Positions 10,344-19,848 of a stretch of 64,000 nt of DNA are shown here, in pieces. Position numbers and translations under genes: made by a program. How positions within the stretch are numbered: position 1 is the stretch's first letter; the number at the start of each line of letters is the position of its first letter. Source of the stretch: Ignavibacteria bacterium (lineage in GTDB: Bacteria > Bacteroidota > Ignavibacteria > Kapaibacteriales > Kapaibacteriaceae); the NCBI GenBank assembly GCA_016707005.1, contig JADJIQ010000002.1, positions 741,527 through 805,526 of the forward strand. The letters run 5' to 3'. Under the pieces are notes generated by a model. That model saw only the letters and a program-made list of their open reading frames with translations, did not search any database and had not been told where the DNA came from.

Positions 10344-11627
10344 CTAGGGTTTTCTGAATTCCGGCACTAAACCTTGCCAGCATTCCCAATAATCGTTTTG
10401 CAGTTCACCGGTTGTCATGGCAAATGCTGTTGGTCTCGACACAAATCGTGTTTCGAACATGAAGGCCATTGTCTCTTCCAGTTTCACCGGCTTGAGTTCC
10501 ACTTCCGTCATGCGCTTGTAGGTATCTGCATCCGGACCATGTCCGCTCATACAATTGTGCAGCGACGATCCGCCCGGAACAAAGCCTCCGCCTTCCTTGG
10601 CATCATAGACGCCGTGGATAAGCCCCATAAACTCATTCATGAAGTTTCTGTGGAACCATGGCGGTCTGAAGGTGTTCTCTGCAACCATCCAGCGTGGCGG
10701 GAAGATCGCAAAATCAATATTGGCTGTTCCTGGCGTATCGCTTGGCGATGTGAGTACCGTATAGATCGATGGATCCGGGTGATCGAACGTGACAGTGTTG
10801 ATACACTGGAACTTGCGAAGATCATACTTGTACGGTGCATAGTTCCCGTGCCATGCCACCACATTCAACGGTGAGTGATCGTAGATGCCTTTCCAGAGAT
10901 TCCCCTGGAACTTCGTGATGACCTCAAACTCTCCCGTTCGCTCTTCATACCAAGCTTCCGGGATCAGGAAGTCGCGAGGATAGGCCAAACCATTCGCACC
11001 GATCGGACCAAGATCCGGGAGTCGGAAAGGGGCTCCATAGTTCTCGATCATATACCCGCGAACCGGACCGTTCACTTCAACACGGAACTTCACGCCGCGC
11101 GGAATAACGCAGATCTCCTGAGGCTCAACGTCAACAATACCCATCTCCGTCAGGATTCTGAGCGACCCCAGTTGCGGCACGATAAGCAGCTCACCATCCG
11201 CATTGTAGAAGAACGTATCCGTCATGGACGTGTTGGCCGCATACACATGGATCGCCGATCCCGAATGTGTAGTGAGGTCTCCCCCACCAGCCATCGTTGC
11301 GATACCCTGAAGCCACGTTGTTGGCGCTGTTGGGAGCGGTAAGGGGCTCCAACGCAACTGATTTGGCGTTGTCTCTACTTCATTGAAGGGCGTAGAGCGG
11401 ATAAGTCCGTTGTCGATACGCTCGTATGGGCGATGCACAACGCTCGGACGAATACGGTACATCCACGACCGCTTGTTTGCAGACCGCGGTGCGGTAAACG
11501 CCGTACCATTGATCTGCTCAACGTACAACCCCAATGGCGGTTTCTGCGGAGAATTCTGCCCTTCCGGCAGTGCCCCCTTTACCGCCTCCGTTGCTACGTC
11601 ATTGCCGAAGCCGCTCATGTAGCCCAT
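10344..11627 (-). CDS. hmgA: homogentisate 1,2-dioxygenase
   Basis: [45 protein letters not shown] matches HGD N-terminus; ORF-track start at 11639 is GTG, first ATG at 11627. Confidence 0.85.
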   Translation of the reverse strand: MGYMSGFGNDVATEAVKGALPEGQNSPQKPPLGLYVEQINGTAFTAPRSANKRSWMYRIRPSVVHRPYERIDNGLIRSTPFNEVETTPNQLRWSPLPLPTAPTTWLQGIATMAGGGDLTTHSGSAIHVYAANTSMTDTFFYNADGELLIVPQLGSLRILTEMGIVDVEPQEICVIPRGVKFRVEVNGPVRGYMIENYGAPFRLPDLGPIGANGLAYPRDFLIPEAWYEERTGEFEVITKFQGNLWKGIYDHSPLNVVAWHGNYAPYKYDLRKFQCINTVTFDHPDPSIYTVLTSPSDTPGTANIDFAIFPPRWMVAENTFRPPWFHRNFMNEFMGLIHGVYDAKEGGGFVPGGSSLHNCMSGHGPDADTYKRMTEVELKPVKLEETMAFMFETRFVSRPTAFAMTTGELQNDYWECWQGLVPEFRKP

Positions 11628-11660
11628 TCCAGACCTCACTGAAGAACAACAACTATTCTG

Positions 11661-11734
11661 CGCGCCCAGCAGGATTCGAACCTGCGGCCCGCAGCTTAGA
11701 AGGCTGCTGCTCTATCCAACTGAGCTATGGGCGC
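11661..11734 (-). tRNA. tRNA-Arg (anticodon TCT)
   Basis: Cloverleaf on minus strand: GCGCCCATAGCTCAGTTGGATAGAGCAGCAGCCTTCTAAGCTGCGGGCCGCAGGTTCGAATCCTGCTGGGCGCG; anticodon loop CTTCTAA; GTTCGAATC T-loop. Confidence 0.85.
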
Positions 11735-11744
11735 AACACACGAA

Positions 11745-11880
11745 GTTACGGAGTTACGGAGTTACGGAGTTACGCAGTTACAGAGTTACGGGGTTACAGG
11801 GTTACGGGGTTACTCTAGCACTCAAACACTCTAGCAATCTCATTAGCACATTAACACACTAGCACATTAGCACATTAACT
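11745..11880. repeat. composite tandem-repeat array: GTTACGGA x about 8 followed by degenerate TAGCACTC / ATTAGCAC units
   Basis: Direct reading: gttacggagttacggagttacggagttacgcagttacagagttacggggttacagggttacggggttact then ctagcactc...ctctagcaatctcattagcacattaacacactagcacattagcacattaact; begins 10 nt from tRNA 5' end. Confidence 0.75.
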
Positions 11881-12123
11881 CGGGACTATCTCAAACGAAC
11901 TCAGCGCTTCGTCGATCACCAGGCGGACGGGGCCGTGCGGGGTAGGGAGGAGGTCGGGGTCTCCGTTTTCACCGCCGGAGAGGAAATGGGACTCTCTACG
12001 TATGTCAGACAGCCAGGCATAGAGGTCCGCGGACACTGCAACCTCCCGGGGTGCCTGTCCGTGTTCATCTACGTACCGTTCGATGGAGGCCATCAGCTCC
12101 TCGAAAGCATCGAACCATTCCAT
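11875..12123 (-). CDS. hypothetical small protein (82 aa)
   Basis: ORF only; stop codon lies inside the repeat (attaact); divergent from rpsA. Confidence 0.35.
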   Translation of the reverse strand: MEWFDAFEELMASIERYVDEHGQAPREVAVSADLYAWLSDIRRESHFLSGGENGDPDLLPTPHGPVRLVIDEALSSFEIVPS

Positions 12124-12190
12124 TTGAGCCTCACTTTCCGTGATCTGTCCGTTCCCATTGATAACAGGAAAAGTCGTGCCAAAGTTACAC

Positions 12191-12218
12191 TTGGGGATAA
12201 AAAATATTCCGTATTTTG
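12191..12218 (+). promoter_or_regulatory. putative Bacteroidota-type sigma-A promoter of rpsA (TTG ... 18 nt ... TATTTTG)
   Basis: ttggggataaaaaatattccgTATTTTG about 98 nt upstream of rpsA ATG; matches -33 TTG / -7 TAnnTTTG consensus known for Bacteroidota. Confidence 0.3.
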
Positions 12219-12315
12219 GCTGTCTTCCCCGGGCCCCAACTTTGTTGCACTATCCCTAATAGGGTCAACACGATGGCGGAGGGCCGCGCCAGCGAGTTGA
12301 CAAGGAGTTTACAAT

Positions 12316-14166
12316 ATGTCGGAACAAAACACGGGCGCAACAGAAGACATCTCTATGGAGACGGTCGCTGCTGCCTCGGAACAACCAGCACAATCAGTCC
12401 TCGGAGAACGCTCAACCAAGCGGTCGGCAATCGCCGCACTGCTCGGCGGAGAACTCGACGGCTCAGCTATGAATGATGCAGCGTTCCTTCAGCTGTTCGA
12501 CACCAAGGTGTCTACGCTCAAGGCAGACGATCTCGTTCACGGTACAGTGGTTTCGGTCACCAAGGACGAGATCCTTGTTGATATCGGTTTCAAGTCTCTC
12601 GGCGTTGTCCCACGCGCTGAATTCGTAGGCGCCGAACTTCTTGCCCCAGGCGAGACAGTAGACGTCTTCGTTGAGAAGATCGAAGACGGCGAAGGCCGCC
12701 TGATGCTCAGCCGCCGTCGCGCTGACTTCATGAAGACATGGGAAGAGATCCTCAAGCTTGCAGAAACGCAAACAGTCACTCCGGTTCGCATCCTTCGCCG
12801 CATCAAGGGCGGTATGGTTGTAGATCTTCTCGGGATCGAAGCGTTTCTTCCTGGCTCGCAGATCGACGTTCGTCCGGTACGCGACTTCGATGCATGGGTA
12901 GGCCGCACGATCGACGTACGCGTCGTGAAGGTTAACCACCCAAGTGAGAACGTTGTTGTCTCCCACAAGGTCCTCCTCGAAGAGCAACTCACGGAACAAC
13001 GCGGCAAGATCCTCGAACTGCTCGAAAAGGGTCTCGTTCTCGAAGGTACCGTCAAGGCAATCTCGGACTTCGGTGTATTCGTCGACCTCGGCGGCGTGGA
13101 CGGCCTCGTTCACATCACAGACCTTTCGTGGGGCCGCGTAGCTCATCCGAGCGAGATCGTTCAACTCGACCAACAGGTCAAGGTTGTTGTTCTCGATTTC
13201 GACGAGAACCGCAAGCGCATTTCCCTTGGCATGAAGCAGCTCACGTCGCACCCATGGGACCAGATCGGCGAGAAGTACGAGCCGGGCACAAAGGTTCGCG
13301 GAAAGGTTGTCTCCCTTACGGACTACGGTGCATTCATCGAGATCGAAAAGGGCGTGGAAGGCCTCATCCACATCAGCGAAATGAGCTGGACGCAACACGT
13401 CAAGCACCCATCACAAGTGGTTTCGCTTGGTCAAATGGTTGACGCCGTTGTCCTCAACATCGATAAGGGCGATCGCAAGCTTGCCCTCGGCATGAAGCAA
13501 CTCGAGCCGGATCCATGGAACGATCTCATGGCCAAGTATCCTATCGGATCGGTCCATAAGGGTGAAGTTCGCAACCTGACGAACTTCGGCGTCTTCATCG
13601 AACTCGAACCAGGCGTTGATGGCCTCGTGCACATCAGTGACCTCTCGTGGACGAAGAAGATCCGTCACCCGGGTGAGTTCGTGAAGAAGGGCGACAGCAT
13701 TCAAGTTGTTGTTCTTGCCGTCGATAACGAGCATCGTCGTATCTCCCTTGGTCACAAGCAGATCAGCGAAAACCCATGGGATGTGTTTGAAGGTGAATTC
13801 GGCGTTGGTACTGAGACAGAAGGCAAGATCGTCCGTCTCATCGACAAGGGTGTCATCGTCGAAATGCCGCAAGGCGTAGATGGCTTCGTCCCTGTCTCCC
13901 AACTCTCCTTCGCTCCTGTCCGCGTCATCGCCGACTTCTTCAACGTTGGAGACAATCTCCCGTTGAAGGTTGTTGAGTTCGACAAGGAACAGAAGAAGAT
14001 CGTTCTCTCTGTAGTTGAATACCTCCGCGCACGCGGCGACGAAGAAGTGGCGAAGTATAACGCCAACCATCCCGTCCCGAATGCCGACAAGTACAACGCA
14101 GATGGATCGGCCAACGCAAACACAACGATCGAAGACCTGGAAGACAGCGAACCGATCGCAGAATAA
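12316..14166 (+). CDS. rpsA: 30S ribosomal protein S1
   Basis: Six consecutive S1 RNA-binding domains (e.g. GTVVSVTKDEILVDIGFK, GTVKAISDFGVFVDLGG, GKVVSLTDYGAFIEIEKG). Confidence 0.9.
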   Translation: MSEQNTGATEDISMETVAAASEQPAQSVLGERSTKRSAIAALLGGELDGSAMNDAAFLQLFDTKVSTLKADDLVHGTVVSVTKDEILVDIGFKSLGVVPRAEFVGAELLAPGETVDVFVEKIEDGEGRLMLSRRRADFMKTWEEILKLAETQTVTPVRILRRIKGGMVVDLLGIEAFLPGSQIDVRPVRDFDAWVGRTIDVRVVKVNHPSENVVVSHKVLLEEQLTEQRGKILELLEKGLVLEGTVKAISDFGVFVDLGGVDGLVHITDLSWGRVAHPSEIVQLDQQVKVVVLDFDENRKRISLGMKQLTSHPWDQIGEKYEPGTKVRGKVVSLTDYGAFIEIEKGVEGLIHISEMSWTQHVKHPSQVVSLGQMVDAVVLNIDKGDRKLALGMKQLEPDPWNDLMAKYPIGSVHKGEVRNLTNFGVFIELEPGVDGLVHISDLSWTKKIRHPGEFVKKGDSIQVVVLAVDNEHRRISLGHKQISENPWDVFEGEFGVGTETEGKIVRLIDKGVIVEMPQGVDGFVPVSQLSFAPVRVIADFFNVGDNLPLKVVEFDKEQKKIVLSVVEYLRARGDEEVAKYNANHPVPNADKYNADGSANANTTIEDLEDSEPIAE

Positions 14167-14202
14167 TTACCGCACTCCATGCACATCTGTGCAGTCAACG
14201 AA

Positions 14203-14228
14203 GGCCCGCCATTGGCGGGCCTTTTTTT
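14203..14228 (+). terminator. rho-independent terminator after rpsA
   Basis: GGCCCGCC att GGCGGGCC followed by TTTTTTT. Confidence 0.6.
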
Positions 14229-14239
14229 ATGTTCCCACT

Positions 14240-15538
14240 ATGGACCTGAAACCCATTCTTGATGAATTGTTCGCGATGACGTTCCATGCCGGCATCAGAC
14301 CCGGCTTGGAGCGCATCACGGAGCTGTGCTCGCACCTTGATGAACCACATCTGCGCTATCCCGTCATCCACGTTGCCGGCACAAATGGCAAGGGCTCTAC
14401 CTGCTCCATGTTAGCCTCGATCCTCACCCACGCCGGGTACAAGGTTGGCCTCTACACCTCGCCGCACATCAGGCAGTTCAACGAACGTATTCGCATCAAC
14501 GGTACAATGATCTCCGATGAGGACGTGGCTCGTCTGGCTCGCCCCTTAATGGACCAGGCAAAGTCGTTCGGTGGAACGTTCTTTGAGGTCACCACAGCAA
14601 TGGCATTCCAATACTTTGCCGAGCGCAGAGTTGAGGTTGCGATCATTGAGACGGGGCTTGGCGGACGTTTTGATGCAACGAACATCGTACAGCCATTCCT
14701 GAGCATCATCACGCAGATCGATATCGACCACACGGAATACCTCGGCACAACACTTCCGCAGATCGCCGGCGAAAAGGCCGGGATCATCAAACAGGGGGCT
14801 CCTGTCGTGATCGGACATCGTTCCGGCATTGTGGTAAATGGACGGCCCGTTCCCGACATCCGAGATGTCTTCGTTCGTAAGGCAGAGTCCGCCAATACTC
14901 CGATCTCGTTCGCAGAAGACACGATCTATGTGGAAATGGATGCGATCCACCCCGACCTTACGATGACGGTGAGTGTTACGAATGACGCGGATCGCAAGTA
15001 CTACACAACCGACCTCTGTGGTCAGCATCAAACGAGCAACATCGCCACAGTGATCGCTGCCCTGCCGGCCATCAGTGAACTGTACTTCGTCGAAGAGCCA
15101 CACATACGAGAAGGACTGCTTCGCGTGAAGTCAACCTCTGGACTTTACGGACGATGCGACCTCATCAATGTAGATCCTTTCACAGTGATCGATGTATCGC
15201 ACAATCCCGGAGGCATTGCTGCCCTGCGAGACACGCTCATCGCCTCCGGCAAAACGCCGAACAGCATGCAGGTGGTCTTTGGTGCGATGTCCGATAAGGA
15301 CGTGGCTGGTATGATCGACGCCATCGCCCCGCTTGCACACACCCTACACCTATGCTCTCCTGCTCTCCCGCGCGCCCTTGCTGTGGAAGAGCTCCTCAAC
15401 CTGGCCCTGTCACGAGGCATCATGAACGCCGTAGCCCATTCGAGCGTGGCTCACGCCTACAAGGCAGCAATAGCTCATGGCCCAACCGTTGTGTGCGGGA
15501 GTTTCCATGTGATCGATGAAGTCATGCTAATGTGCTAA
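14240..15538 (+). CDS. folC: folylpolyglutamate synthase / dihydrofolate synthase
   Basis: P-loop VIHVAGTNGKGST, Mur-ligase family body; start moved to ATG at 14240 (MDLKPILDELF) right after terminator; last 4 codons and TAA stop lie inside ATGTGCTA repeat. Confidence 0.8.
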   Translation: MDLKPILDELFAMTFHAGIRPGLERITELCSHLDEPHLRYPVIHVAGTNGKGSTCSMLASILTHAGYKVGLYTSPHIRQFNERIRINGTMISDEDVARLARPLMDQAKSFGGTFFEVTTAMAFQYFAERRVEVAIIETGLGGRFDATNIVQPFLSIITQIDIDHTEYLGTTLPQIAGEKAGIIKQGAPVVIGHRSGIVVNGRPVPDIRDVFVRKAESANTPISFAEDTIYVEMDAIHPDLTMTVSVTNDADRKYYTTDLCGQHQTSNIATVIAALPAISELYFVEEPHIREGLLRVKSTSGLYGRCDLINVDPFTVIDVSHNPGGIAALRDTLIASGKTPNSMQVVFGAMSDKDVAGMIDAIAPLAHTLHLCSPALPRALAVEELLNLALSRGIMNAVAHSSVAHAYKAAIAHGPTVVCGSFHVIDEVMLMC

Positions 15539-15880
15539 TGTGCTAATGTGCTAATGTGCTAATGTGCTAATGTGCTAATGTGCTAATGTGCTAATGTGCT
15601 AATGTGCTAATGTGCTAATGTGCTAATGTGCTAATGTGCTAATGTGCTAATGTGCTAATGTGCTAATGTGCTAATGTGCTAATGTGCTAATGTGCTAATG
15701 TGCTAATGTGCTAATGTGCTAATGTGCTAATGTGCTAATGTGCTAATGTGCTAATGTGCTAATGTGCTAATGTGCTAATGTGCTAATGTGCTAATGTGCT
15801 AATGTGCTAATTTCGTGTATTAGCTCGTTAGCTAATTAGCACATTAGCACATTAGCACATTAGCACATTAGCACATTAAC
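15524..15880. repeat. foldback tandem array: ATGTGCTA x about 36 (15524-15810), 22-bp spacer, inverted ACATTAGC x 5 (15833-15880)
   Basis: Direct reading; right arm is exact reverse complement unit of left arm; array ends on the base before purH ATG. Confidence 0.9.
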
Positions 15881-17404
15881 ATGACCGCCCTCCTCTCCGT
15901 CTCCGACAAAACCGGCATACTTGAACTGGCTCGTGAACTTCATGGTTTAGGGGTTCGAATCATTTCTACAGGAGGCACGGCGAAGGCCATTGCCGATGCC
16001 GGCATTCCGGTGACAAAGGTTGCAGATATCACGGGATTCCCGGAGATCATGGATGGCAGAGTGAAGACGTTGCATCCGAAGATCCATGGCGGACTCCTTG
16101 CTGTGATGGATAATGAGGAACATCTGCGCCAAATGCATGAGCACGGCATTGAGAAGATCGACCTTGTGTTTGTGAATCTCTATCCGTTCGAGCAGACCGT
16201 TGCTCGAGAGGGGGCTTCGTACGACGAGATCATTGAGAACATCGACATCGGCGGTCCGGCCATGGTGCGCGCTTCTGCGAAGAATCATCGATTCACAACG
16301 ATCGTTGTCAACCCGGCACACTACAACACAGTGATCGATCATCTGCGATCGAACAATGAAGTGCCCCTTTCATTCCGACAACAACTGGCAATGGAAGCGT
16401 ACTCCCACACAGCTCATTACGACGCCTGTATTTCAGAGTACTTTGCCAAACACTTGCACTCTGGCTTTTTGTCGGAGACCGCAGTGCCATTACGTGCCGA
16501 TCAGCACCTACGGTATGGAGAGAATCCGCATCAGACCGCAATGCTGTACGGATCGTTCACAACGATCTTCCGTCAGCTCCACGGCAAAGAACTTTCCTAC
16601 AACAACATTCTCGATATCGATGCCGCATCAAAGCTGTGCCTTGAATTCGATGAGCCCACGGTTGTGATCGTCAAGCACAACAATCCATGTGGTGTTGGTT
16701 CCGGCAACGACCTGGTAGATGCCTATCGCAAGGCCTTTGCAACAGATACAGTGAGCCCGTTTGGAGGGATCATCGCCGTGAATCGCACGGTGGATCTCGC
16801 CTATGCCAACGAGGTACACTCTCTCTTTGCCGAGGTGATCATCGCACCTTCCTTCGATGAAGATGCGCTTGCAGTACTTACCAAGAAGAAGGATCGCCGC
16901 CTGATGGTGGTGGACACAGCAAAGCTTCGATCATCACTTGCGATGGATCTTCGGTCTGTTGCAGGGGGCTATCTGGCACAACACACGGATTCGATCCTCT
17001 TCAATGAGGCAGACCTTCGTGTTGTTACAGCACAGACACCAACGGACGAACAACGTCAAGCAATGCTCTACGCATGGAAGATCGCAAAACACGTTAAGAG
17101 CAATGCCATAGTGTATGCATCGCATGACCGCTCACTGGCCATTGGTGCCGGACAGATGTCGCGCATCGATTCCGCACGCATCGCTGTTCGCAAGGCGCAG
17201 GATGCCAGCATCGACCTGACGGGTTGCGCTGTTGCCTCTGACGCATTCTTCCCGTTCGCCGACGGATTGCTGCAGGCGGCAGAAGCCGGCGCATCATGCG
17301 TGATCCAGCCCGGCGGTTCGGTTCGCGATGAAGAAGTGATCGCAGCCGCCAACGAGAAGGGGCTTTCTATGATGTTCACCGGGACACGTCACTTCCGACA
17401 TTAA
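15881..17404 (+). CDS. purH: bifunctional AICAR transformylase / IMP cyclohydrolase
   Basis: MGS-like N-domain ([30 protein letters not shown]) and AICARFT domain; 507 aa. Confidence 0.9.
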   Translation: MTALLSVSDKTGILELARELHGLGVRIISTGGTAKAIADAGIPVTKVADITGFPEIMDGRVKTLHPKIHGGLLAVMDNEEHLRQMHEHGIEKIDLVFVNLYPFEQTVAREGASYDEIIENIDIGGPAMVRASAKNHRFTTIVVNPAHYNTVIDHLRSNNEVPLSFRQQLAMEAYSHTAHYDACISEYFAKHLHSGFLSETAVPLRADQHLRYGENPHQTAMLYGSFTTIFRQLHGKELSYNNILDIDAASKLCLEFDEPTVVIVKHNNPCGVGSGNDLVDAYRKAFATDTVSPFGGIIAVNRTVDLAYANEVHSLFAEVIIAPSFDEDALAVLTKKKDRRLMVVDTAKLRSSLAMDLRSVAGGYLAQHTDSILFNEADLRVVTAQTPTDEQRQAMLYAWKIAKHVKSNAIVYASHDRSLAIGAGQMSRIDSARIAVRKAQDASIDLTGCAVASDAFFPFADGLLQAAEAGASCVIQPGGSVRDEEVIAAANEKGLSMMFTGTRHFRH

Positions 17405-17411
17405 TACGTTA

Positions 17412-17440
17412 GCACACGCATGCGTTATCGCGTGCGTGAG
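17412..17440. terminator. hairpin between convergent purH and lon-like gene (possible bidirectional terminator)
   Basis: CACGCATGCG ttatcg CGTGCGTG; stop codon of minus-strand gene sits in the loop. Confidence 0.35.
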
Positions 17441-19848
17441 GCTTCGTGCAGAACGTCGAGGTTGGACTGCACCTTGGCAAACACCGTGTTGGCCGGGAAC
17501 TTGCCATCCTTGCCGATCTTTCCTGCAGGGAGTTCCATCATAAGCTCAACGGCTTCTTCGAGTCGAGAGACTGGATAGATGGAGAACTTGCCATTCTTTA
17601 CAGCATCGATCAGCTCGTCCGACAGCATAAGGTCATCCACGTTCTGGATCGGCATCACGATACCTTGTTTGCCGGTAAGCCCCCTATCCTTACAAACCTC
17701 AAAGAAGCCGGTGATCTTTTCATTCAATCCGCCCACCGCCTGAATGTCACCCTTTTGATTGATCGATCCGGTGATAGCTCTGTCCTGTCGGACAGGAACG
17801 TTGGAGATGGCACTTAGAAGGGCAATGATCTCAGCAGCCGATGCACTGTCTCCGTCCACACCTCCGTACGATTGCTCAAAAGCAATACTGGCCGAGAAGG
17901 AGATCGACTGTGCACGCGAGAATAATGATCGAAGCAGACCGGAAAGAATGAGAACACCCTTTGAGTGGATGGGTCCGCTCATTTGAACTTCGCGCTCAAT
18001 GTTGATGATGCCGGCATTGCCAGCGCTTACTGTGGCTGTGATACGCGCCGGCTTCCCGAAGGACACAATACCGCTGCTATACACGGTGAGACCATTGATC
18101 TGACCTACGCGCGAACCCTTTACGTCGATGAGGAGGGTTCCCTTTGCGATGGTCTCGCGGATGGCTTCGTCTGCACGATTACTCCTGCGATGACGCATCG
18201 AGATAGCATGTTTGACGTGTTCTGCGCGAATGATCCGCGCTTTCTTCTGCTGTGCAAAGTGCGAGGCCTCGCGCAGAAGATCAGCCGCATAGCTGAATTG
18301 AAGAGTGATCTTCTTCTTGGACTCGGTGAATGCAACGGCCCATTCGATGATGGCAGCGGCAGCACCGCGATCACAGTGCAGGAGTTTCTCTTCCGTTGAG
18401 ATCTGTGAGATGAAGGAGCAGTAGTGCCTGATCATCTCCGTGGATCGTTTCGTCTCCGCATCAAACTCAGCATGGACCTTGAACATCTTGTGGAAGTCTT
18501 CATCTGCAGCCCACATTGCCAGGTATACAGCAGGGTCTCCAAGAAGAATGATCTTCACATCAATGTTGATGTAGTCCGGCTTGAGGTTGTTGAGCTGGAA
18601 TTGCGAGTCGAGCGATTGGATGTCGAGTCGACCATACAGCATCACCTTCTTCAGAGACATCCATATGTTGGGGTCAACCAAGACGTCCATGGCATTGAGC
18701 ACGATGTAACCGCCATCGGCTCTGAGTAGGGCTCCGGCGCGGATATGCGTGAAGTCGCTCACAGCGAACCCACGCGCATCAACGCGACGTTCAATAGTGC
18801 CAAAGAGCGACGTATACGTTGGAACGGTTTCAACGATGATCGGGGCGACCTTGGCATCGTAGTTGTCTACGATGAGGTTCACAGATGTCATTCGCTCAAG
18901 TTGTCGGGCCAGCTCTTCTGTTGCTTCATCAACAACACCGGCCTGTTTTGCTTGGTATACACGAACGTAATCTTCAAGTCGCTCAAGAATGTGCGTTGTG
19001 ATACCGTTGAGGAACTCCGTTACGCGATCACGAGGGAAACTGCCACGGATATCTTCGAAGATCGATTTCAACAGTACACCAACAGCAGCTTGATCGTGCT
19101 TCGATAGCTCCTTGCGGAAGTCAACCATCACGCGCATCGATCGTCGTCCGATCTCTGTGAGCTCATCGCGATGGGTGGCATAAGCATCATTGAGAGCCTG
19201 AGCCTTCTCCACCGCCATCTTCCCCTCTTGCACAAGAGTATCCAGCTCTTCAATAGCCACCGGTTTCCCGTCGATCAGCGGAAAGATCTCTGTTCGCGAG
19301 GTTCCGTCTTCTTCCTGCAATTGACCAACAACAAATCCTGTTGGCCGGATCTTGGTATCGAATTCCGCCAACAGTTTCTTCTCTCGAGCTTGATATCGTT
19401 GGATGATCTCCTTCCGCTCAGATTGGAACTGCTCTTCTTCAAACAATTGCGGGATCCGACGTCGGACCACTGTGAGTGCCTCGTCGATCATGCGTGTGAA
19501 GACGCGTCCTTCACCGGCTGAGAATCGAAGCAGGACAGGAGCTTCAGGCTGACGGAAGTTGTTGACGTAGGCAAAGTCATGCAGCGTTACCTTCTGATGC
19601 TTGAGGTCATCCAGGATCTGCCGTACGGTTGTCATTCGCCCCGTACCTACAACGCCCGATGCCCAGATGTTATAGCCCTGACTTCTCAGGCGAGCGCCCA
19701 ACTCTAGTGCTTCAATGGCACGTTCTTGTCCTACGATCCTACCAAGGGGCTTGAGTTCCTTTGTCGACGTCTTAAATGGCAAGGACGACGGAGCACACTT
19801 CCAACGAAGGTCGGAAGGTAGTAGTTGTTTAGGCGTTTGACGTTTCAT
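17425..19848 (-). CDS. Lon-related ATP-dependent protease (AAA+ domain with large helical insert plus S16 peptidase domain)
   Basis: Walker A ASGVVGTGRMT, Lon C-terminal protease domain (PIHSKGVLILSGLL...DGDSASAAEIIALLSAISNVPVRQDRAITGSINQKGDIQAVGGLNEKI with catalytic Ser and Lys). Confidence 0.7.
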   Translation of the reverse strand: MKRQTPKQLLPSDLRWKCAPSSLPFKTSTKELKPLGRIVGQERAIEALELGARLRSQGYNIWASGVVGTGRMTTVRQILDDLKHQKVTLHDFAYVNNFRQPEAPVLLRFSAGEGRVFTRMIDEALTVVRRRIPQLFEEEQFQSERKEIIQRYQAREKKLLAEFDTKIRPTGFVVGQLQEEDGTSRTEIFPLIDGKPVAIEELDTLVQEGKMAVEKAQALNDAYATHRDELTEIGRRSMRVMVDFRKELSKHDQAAVGVLLKSIFEDIRGSFPRDRVTEFLNGITTHILERLEDYVRVYQAKQAGVVDEATEELARQLERMTSVNLIVDNYDAKVAPIIVETVPTYTSLFGTIERRVDARGFAVSDFTHIRAGALLRADGGYIVLNAMDVLVDPNIWMSLKKVMLYGRLDIQSLDSQFQLNNLKPDYINIDVKIILLGDPAVYLAMWAADEDFHKMFKVHAEFDAETKRSTEMIRHYCSFISQISTEEKLLHCDRGAAAAIIEWAVAFTESKKKITLQFSYAADLLREASHFAQQKKARIIRAEHVKHAISMRHRRSNRADEAIRETIAKGTLLIDVKGSRVGQINGLTVYSSGIVSFGKPARITATVSAGNAGIINIEREVQMSGPIHSKGVLILSGLLRSLFSRAQSISFSASIAFEQSYGGVDGDSASAAEIIALLSAISNVPVRQDRAITGSINQKGDIQAVGGLNEKITGFFEVCKDRGLTGKQGIVMPIQNVDDLMLSDELIDAVKNGKFSIYPVSRLEEAVELMMELPAGKIGKDGKFPANTVFAKVQSNLDVLHEASRTR

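Noticed and set aside
12463-14198. Several 150 to 314-aa minus-strand ORFs opposite rpsA
   Set aside because: Antisense artefacts of the highly expressed S1 gene; no motifs.
14452-15103. Minus-strand ORFs opposite folC
   Set aside because: Antisense; folC assignment is strong.
15524-15880. CRISPR array interpretation of the tandem arrays
   Set aside because: Units are 7 to 19 bp and directly adjacent with no unique spacers; no cas genes; arms are inverted copies rather than direct repeat-spacer structure.
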